Assembly (NCBI GenBank): GCA_963775535.1
Contig: CAVZJH010000055.1
Location: 86,311 to 150,310, forward strand
DNA: 64,000 nucleotides
DNA from: an uncultured bacterium
GTDB taxonomy: Bacteria; Armatimonadota; UBA5829
Direction of reading: 5' to 3'
Below, one piece after another: positions 58,122 through 64,000 of this stretch (position 1 is the stretch's first letter; each line of letters begins with the position of its first letter). Under the pieces are notes generated by a model. The model had not been told where the DNA came from, did not search any database, and saw only the letters and a list, made by a program, of their open reading frames with translations. A program made the position numbers and the translations under genes.

Positions 58122-58969
58122 ATGAGCGAATACCGCATTGAACTGATTCTGCTGGATGAGGAGGGTGAAACGGAAATGTTGGTCACCAAGAGCAGGCTCA
58201 GAGGTGATCTTGGCAAATTGGGATTGTGCCGTGGCGACCACGTCATGCTTCATGTTTCAGTCAAGTCAATCGGCTGGGTAGTCGGCGGTCCGGATGTCGT
58301 TATCGATTCTATCCTCGAAGCTCTGGGACCGGATGGGACTCTTATGATGATGATAGGTTCCGAGGACGGCACTTACGAGATTCCCACCTGGCCTCAGGAG
58401 AAGCGCAAGGCGTATCTTGACGAGTGCCCGCCTTTCGACCCGGCGCGGACGCGGGCATATCGCAAATACAGCATACTCACGGAGTATCTTCGCACGTGGC
58501 CCGGGGCATACCGCTCTCGGCATCCTGACGGCTCTTTTGCGGCAGTCGGAAGTCTCGCTCAATGGATCACGAAAGATCAGCCGCTGCAATATGGCTATGG
58601 CCCAGGCTCTCCACTCGCAAAGCTGTGTGACATCAGAGGCAAGGTTCTGCTGCTTGGTTCTCCTGAGACCGACGTGACGCTGCTTCATTACTCGGAGCAT
58701 ATGGCGGACGTGCCTGGGAAGCAAGTTTATAAATACCCCGCGCTCATACTGCGAAACGGTGCGCGCGAGTGGATAGAGATAGAAGAGTTCGACACCAATT
58801 GCCTCAGGCCGGGCTATGACCAGGGCGAGTGCTTCTCGCAAATCATACGAGATTTCGTCGCCGCTGGAAAGGCGTCGTCGGGCAAGTTGGGGACGCAAAG
58901 AGCTACCTGCTCGACGCCGCATCTCTTCATTCATTCGCGGTGTCGTGGCTGGAGAGACATTTGAAGTAG
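58122..58969 (+). CDS. AAC(3)-family aminoglycoside N-acetyltransferase, one frame break near 58890
   Basis: LGLCRGDHVMLHVSVKSIGWVVGGPDVVIDSILEALGPDGTLMMM… After the shift it reads …GDAKSYLLDAASLHSFAVSWLERHLK*. The start may be the internal ATG at 58176. Confidence 0.75.
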
Positions 58970-59052
58970 CGGCGCAGTTGCTTGACGGCTTGTGTAGGTG
59001 GCGAGGGAATAGATGCTGTTAGAGTGGCAGAGACCGGCTGCGAGGAGCAAAG

Positions 59053-59773
59053 ATGGGTTCGCATAGATATGACGCTGTGATCTTTGATTTGCACGGCACG
59101 TTGATACCCTGGTCCAGGGATGGATTCCGGGCGCTGCTATTGGAGATGGCGGATACGGTGGAGCCCGTGGTGACGACTTCGCCCGGGTGATGGATGAGAC
59201 GATGTATTTAGCATGGCCGGCCGGTATAGCTCGATGATAGCCGAGGTCGATTACATCTGCAAGACGCTTGAAGTGCGTGCTGACATGTCTTCAATCGGAG
59301 TGCTGCACAATTGTGGTCGGATTTCCACTGGCAGGGCTACGGTCGGCCATATACCGGGGCGATTGTCGTTCTTGGGTGGCTGCGAGAGATCGGGATAAAA
59401 ACAGGACTCATTACAAACTGCGGGCCGGAGGCTCCGGAACTCTGGTCAAGGTCACCGTTTGTCGCTATAGTGGACGCAGCAATCTTCTCGGTCACTGAAG
59501 GTCTAATGAAACCCGATGCGCGGATGTATTCCATCGTGTGCGAAAGACTTCGGCGTCCCGCCCCAGCGATGCCTGTATGTGGACGACAGCGCCGCCTGCC
59601 TAATAGGTGCAAAAGATACGGGCATGGATGCGGTCCTGATCCGGCAGCCCGGGAATATTGTGGGGCTCGAGGGTATTGATGAATGGACAGGGCCATCGAT
59701 TACGAACCTAAGGGAATTGCTCCGGCTTGTAAAGGTGAGACACGAGCCCGGTAGAGTTCCGCCCGATTCTTAA
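59053..59773 (+). CDS. HAD-superfamily hydrolase, at least two frame breaks
   Basis: MGSHRYDAVIFDLHGTL is motif I. Later fragments give LREIGIKTGLITNCG, KPDARMY and CLYVDDSAACLIGAKDTGMDAVLI (motifs II-IV). Confidence 0.7.
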
Positions 59774-59811
59774 GGAGCTGCCCGAACAGAGGCAGATTAC
59801 CAAATGTATTA

Positions 59812-59847
59812 AGGGATCTGCAACTGGTATGCCGGAAGCAGATCCCT
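59812..59847. terminator. hairpin between convergent genes
   Basis: AGGGATCTGC (59812-59821) pairs with GCAGATCCCT (59838-59847). Confidence 0.45.
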
Positions 59848-59874
59848 CTTCATATTCATTGGATAACTGTTGTT

Positions 59875-61125
59875 CTATCGGTTGCGTTTCTTCGCAATGC
59901 CGACCAAACTCGCGACGAGGGAGAGCAGTGCGATTATGCTCGATGGCTCCGGCACGGTGAGGGCGGCTATGTATCTAGCTGAGTCGTCCAAGGAGACGTT
60001 AAATCCGGGAATTGAAGTTCCCCAATTGCCGGTGCTCCACGCTCCCACAGTATTTGTTTGACAGCTTGTGTACCAAAACACCTGTCCATCGCTCGATACA
60101 GCGCATTGCTGATTCAAAGTGCTATCGGACTCGCCGGATATAGCCAGGTTGGCCGTAGATGCGGTGCTCAAGGCTGGGGTTCCCGATGAGCTCAACGGGA
60201 TATTCCACGCCTGCGCACTGCCATAAGAACCGCTTCCATTTGTCGGATATGGCGTGCCAACGACGGCCAGGTAATTTTGCCCGTCAAGCGTATAGGCTGC
60301 GGCATCCTGCGGGTTCAATTTGTTTGTGAAATTAGTTGCATTTGAAACACTGCCGAAACTGTCTACCGAAACCATGGCCCCGGTCTGCTGCTGCGCGAAT
60401 GTGCCCGCATTGCTGACTACGTAGGCAAGCCCGGTGCCGCTGCTGTACGTTACAGCCGCGGGATAGTAGCTGTTTGTATCCGTTGCGGTGAATGTTGTTC
60501 CGGTAGGCGATACGCCCGTCATGGTTGTTTGACCCGGTGATGTTCCTCCCACGACCCGACTGCCAATGATTGCGCCGGAGCCGGTCGCCGCAACACCCGC
60601 CATGGCCAGATTACTGCTCAATTGGTTGATCTGCACCGATGGAGACTGCCCCAGGCCCGTCACGTATGCATAATTTGAGCCTGAGTGGCCGATCACGTAG
60701 ATCCCACCACTGGAATCGACGGATATGGAGGTAGGCTGCGAAACATACGCACTGCCGTTGGATAGTGGAATCCAACTGCCCGTGATGACCGGCGTCGACG
60801 TGCACAGGTTTCCCAACTGACCTACGAACAGTTGATCAGAGTTTTCGTCAGCTACGGCTACGGTGATTATGTTGAGGTTGCTGGGATCTCTGAACGCCGT
60901 TACTCCGGTGAGGGCCAGATTACTCCCAGCATTGGTACTGGGCAGGGGCAAATTGTAGGGGCATGATTGCCCGTTCTGCGCGCCTTCCGCCCACAGCAGG
61001 TAGAGATCGGAACTGCTGGTGGTAAGTGCAAGGTGGTTAATCGCCTGCGCGCTGGCAAGTGAGCCTGCGAACGACCAGACGGCCAGAAACACAAGCACTC
61101 TCAGTCCGATTGCTTTTGATTTCAT
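59875..61125 (-). CDS. PEP-CTERM-anchored secreted protein (Ser/Thr/Gly-rich)
   Basis: I prefer the ATG at 61125 (GAGGT 8 nt upstream). Signal peptide MKSKAIGLRVLVFLAVWSFAGSLASAQA. The C-terminus is VPEPSSIIALLSLVASLVGIAKKRNR. Confidence 0.75.
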   Translation of the reverse strand: MKSKAIGLRVLVFLAVWSFAGSLASAQAINHLALTTSSSDLYLLWAEGAQNGQSCPYNLPLPSTNAGSNLALTGVTAFRDPSNLNIITVAVADENSDQLFVGQLGNLCTSTPVITGSWIPLSNGSAYVSQPTSISVDSSGGIYVIGHSGSNYAYVTGLGQSPSVQINQLSSNLAMAGVAATGSGAIIGSRVVGGTSPGQTTMTGVSPTGTTFTATDTNSYYPAAVTYSSGTGLAYVVSNAGTFAQQQTGAMVSVDSFGSVSNATNFTNKLNPQDAAAYTLDGQNYLAVVGTPYPTNGSGSYGSAQAWNIPLSSSGTPALSTASTANLAISGESDSTLNQQCAVSSDGQVFWYTSCQTNTVGAWSTGNWGTSIPGFNVSLDDSARYIAALTVPEPSSIIALLSLVASLVGIAKKRNR

Positions 61126-61582
61126 TATTACTACCTCTGCTTTGTGGATTAGCCTGCAATCTCTAACGTGCATAATTCGTGCCACTTCGCCATGTTGAGG
61201 GATACGGCGGCGGCGTAAAACATATTAGATCACAGATAATGCAGGAATGCTGAGTGGTCTTGCGAACTCAAGAACAAAGTGCCGAAATTGATGAGCGAGC
61301 ATTTACACCTAATGGTTTCATTAAGTCTAGTTCGGCGATCCGCATACCGATTATACCTATATATGGCGAGCTGCCAATCAGGCACAATGTGATGCGCGTT
61401 ATATCCGCCCGACCAGGAATGGTTGTGCAGACCTTACCTGCACCCACACGCTCTGCGGTTCCTGCTATAATGTGCTAATCATGCGTGCGGCCGCAACGGA
61501 ACAATTGCTCCTTGCGCAGAGTCCAAAGTAGTGGCCTGATGGTGCGGTGATGGCCCGTTTGTTTCTGGTCTGGAGGATGTGG

Positions 61583-62569
61583 ATGAAGGATAGTAAAGTA
61601 TGCATACTAACCTTGATATTACTCGTAACCGGCATGATGCTGCTATCAGGCACTGCCTGGTCGGACACGGTGGTTAAGCCTCTTTGGTCGGCGTATCACG
61701 AGAACTACTTGCTAACGGGCCAGGATACGGCTCGTAGTCCAGCCATTAGCAATCCCGCGACACTGAACCCGATATGGACATTTCCGCGAGTCGATCAGTC
61801 AGTTCCTACGGAGCAGCAGACTATCGTTGACGGTATAACCGGACTTCAGATCCTGAATCCTTCTCAACACGTGTGGATGCCTCCCAGTTCCTACGTTCCC
61901 CCTTTTCCCGCAGGCTTTGTCTTCACGGATGCCTACGATACAGGCTGCCTGGTTGCTCCGGCCCAGTCAAGTAGTCTTACGCCGACCCCGGTGGGATACG
62001 GCGTTCAGTGGCAGTTTCCTGCCGGTCTGCCTCAGGGTTATTACCAGGTTGAGATCTGGGTTCCGACAGCGCCCAGCGGTCTGACATTCAGCTCACAGGC
62101 CCAATACACTGTTCAGGACGACAGCGGCGCGAATACCTACACGTTCGACCAGGGACAAAACGGCGGTTACTGGGCGCCCCTCACCGATACGCAGTTCAGG
62201 TTTGCCGGCGCCAGCAAGCAGCCTTACACAGTTACCCTGACTACCGTAACCGACGACGATCCCGGTGACATTACGACGAACAATATCATGTTGGCTGCGG
62301 ACGCCGTCAAGTTCGTCCCCTGCACGGGTATGAATATTTACTCATCACCGGCAAGCGCTCAGATTTATGTCCCTCTTTACGATCCTGCCAACCCGACAAA
62401 GCTAATCTGGCCCAGCGGAAATCCGACAGCGGTTGTATACGTCGGCACGGTGGAACAGCCTCTCGTAAACTCAACGAACACTGACAATTCGGGGGCTATG
62501 TATTGCATAAACAGCGTTACCCCGACTACGGAATCGTTGGCTACCTATACTACTGATCCTACGAGTTAA
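61583..62569 (+). CDS. secreted protein with a golvesin-C-terminal-like carbohydrate-binding-type domain
   Basis: Signal peptide MKDSKVCILTLILLVTGMMLLSGTAWS. AQYTVQDDSGANTYTFDQGQNGGYWAPL…LAADAVKFVP resembles the A-x-Y-x-V…DQ…W…ADAV pattern. The domain name is from memory. Confidence 0.45.
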   Translation: MKDSKVCILTLILLVTGMMLLSGTAWSDTVVKPLWSAYHENYLLTGQDTARSPAISNPATLNPIWTFPRVDQSVPTEQQTIVDGITGLQILNPSQHVWMPPSSYVPPFPAGFVFTDAYDTGCLVAPAQSSSLTPTPVGYGVQWQFPAGLPQGYYQVEIWVPTAPSGLTFSSQAQYTVQDDSGANTYTFDQGQNGGYWAPLTDTQFRFAGASKQPYTVTLTTVTDDDPGDITTNNIMLAADAVKFVPCTGMNIYSSPASAQIYVPLYDPANPTKLIWPSGNPTAVVYVGTVEQPLVNSTNTDNSGAMYCINSVTPTTESLATYTTDPTS

Positions 62570-62584
62570 CCGGCGCTGGCTACC

Positions 62585-64000
62585 TTGCTCGGCACCAGCG
62601 TCTGGCGTTACCCCCGCGATCCGGTTACTTTGTATGCGGCGTCGACCATTGAACCCTGTGGACCCAACCGCCGAGTACGAGGGTCCAATCGACGGCGGTA
62701 TTTATTCTTCGCCCGTCATCGCTCCGCTGGATACCAGTGCCGGCACGGAGAATCCGGTAATGGCGTGTATATTTGCTGCCAGCGATCGCCAGGTTTACGC
62801 CGTGAATGCTGCCACCGGAAAACTCATATGGAAGGGACCCGGCGTTACTAAGAGCGAAAACGAAGGGCTTCCGATGGCCGGAGGATGGAATGCCTCGGGC
62901 CCGGCTCTGGCTTACGGCGGCATTAACCATTACACCAGTTGCGTGAGCGATTCCGGAAATGCATCCGCCGTGACATGGACATTTGATCCAACCGCGGACC
63001 GGGTGCCTGCGGGTGAGCCTGCCGGGGGTCTGTCATATTCGGTTTCTGCCTGGATTCCTCCGCCCGGCAGCGAGGGTCAGCGTGCTCCGGATGCGACATA
63101 TACTATTACCTTCGCGGGAAGCAGCGGAACAACGTCTCAAACGGTCAAAGTCGATCAGAGCGATCCCACGAATCAGGGCAAATGGGTCCAGATTGGCGGA
63201 TCGTACTTTAACGTTTCGCAGGTGGCGCTTTCTAATCTGTCCGCGAGCGCTTCAGTTTCAGTAGTGGCCGATGCTGTGATGATTGTGCCGGATACCATCG
63301 GCGCATTTTCTTACAGCACACCGGTAGCCGATACTAACCCGGCTGATGCTGTCCCGACGGCGGAGAACGTATATGCCGCTTCCTCGAATGGCAGAGTCCT
63401 TGGGTTCAGCAGCATGCCCGCAATGGGCAACTATTCCGCGCACTTGAATTGGATTTATCCGGGTGTGCGGACCACGCTTAACAGTGGAATCGACAGCGAG
63501 GACAAGCCGAGCCTGGGCCAGATAGGTTCTTCCCTTTCGCTCGACCTCAATAACGAGAGGCTGTATGTTGCGGACTTTACCAGTGATGAACAGGGTGACG
63601 TGCGATGCCTTCAGGGCGTCAACAAGGCTACATTCGGGTCGCTGCCGTCAGACGGTACCGATGGAGGAAGTGGATGGATATTCCCGGACCCAAACGGGGT
63701 AGAACAGAAGCCGGCCTGGACGGCTCCGGTCGCGGGGTTCACGTCTTCTCCCGCATTGGATACGGTCGGTAACCAGCTGCTTATAGGCGCCACTGATGGC
63801 ACGTTCTACTGCTTGAATACCAGTAATTCCGGCACGCCCAACTGGACCTATCCGGCGACTTCCACGACTTTACCCCCCGGCGCTTTCAGATATTCGACAC
63901 CTGCCATTGCAAACGATATGGACGGCCTTCGCAGGGCTTGGGCCGGCAGCAGTGACGGTCATGTCTACTCATTCGATCTCACGAATCCCTCAACCGTGAA
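62585..64000 (+). CDS. PQQ-like beta-propeller protein with a second golvesin-like domain (frame break near 62640-62660; 3' end outside window)
   Basis: Frame 2 gives LGTSVWRYPRDP. Frame 3 is then open to nt 64000 and reads GGIYSSPVIAP…RQVYAVNAATGKLIWKG…ATYTITFAGSSGTTSQTVKVDQSD…VVADAVMIVP…GRVLGF…DGTFYCLN…DGHVYSFD. It may be one gene with 61583..62569 if the TAA at 62567 is an error. Confidence 0.55.

Overview
64-kb chromosomal segment of a moderately GC-rich diderm bacterium. Evidence for a diderm envelope: two PEP-CTERM proteins, an LptD/OstA-like protein, a small beta-barrel-like protein and a TolB-like protein. The lineage cannot be assigned from sequence alone. (1) 0.7-12.6 kb is an accessory patch. 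It holds an MFS transporter, three different IS elements back to back (ISAs1, ISKra4-like, IS256), a decayed radical-SAM gene, a pseudopilin fragment, a ptb-like gene, DUF5069, an MBL hydrolase, a GNAT/DUF1778 toxin-antitoxin pair, an integrase remnant and tRNA-Leu(CAA). The patch is bracketed by a 30-nt direct repeat. (2) 13-24.5 kb is housekeeping (sppA, polA, rpsA, coaE), interrupted by three tandem paralogues of an internally duplicated secreted protein of unknown function. (3) 24.9-43.1 kb is a co-directional surface-protein locus: a CsgG/LpoB-like-domain protein, an S8 subtilase, a ~2-kb secreted protein, a ~10.6-kb chain of ORF fragments that reads as one giant repeat protein, and a second CsgG/LpoB-like protein. 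Three of these products end in the same uncharacterised C-terminal module. (4) 43-64 kb carries thuA-like, a mannose-1-P guanylyltransferase, aroA, aroC, twin 38-aa hydrophobic peptide genes, a TolB-like gene / orphan D12 adenine methyltransferase / small OMP-like overlapping trio, ROK glucokinase, a GH43-like hydrolase, an LptD-like gene, dnaN, AAC(3), a HAD hydrolase, a PEP-CTERM protein and a PQQ-propeller protein. Two non-coding signals stand out. One is a ~95-nt structured repeat placed directly in front of three start codons with the Shine-Dalgarno built in. The other is a conserved 5'-UTR hairpin in front of the twin peptide genes. Caveat: at least about 30 conserved reading frames are broken by +/-1 shifts, including polA. 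This is more consistent with indel sequencing errors than with biology, so every 'pseudogene' call here is provisional. No rRNA and no CRISPR array were seen.
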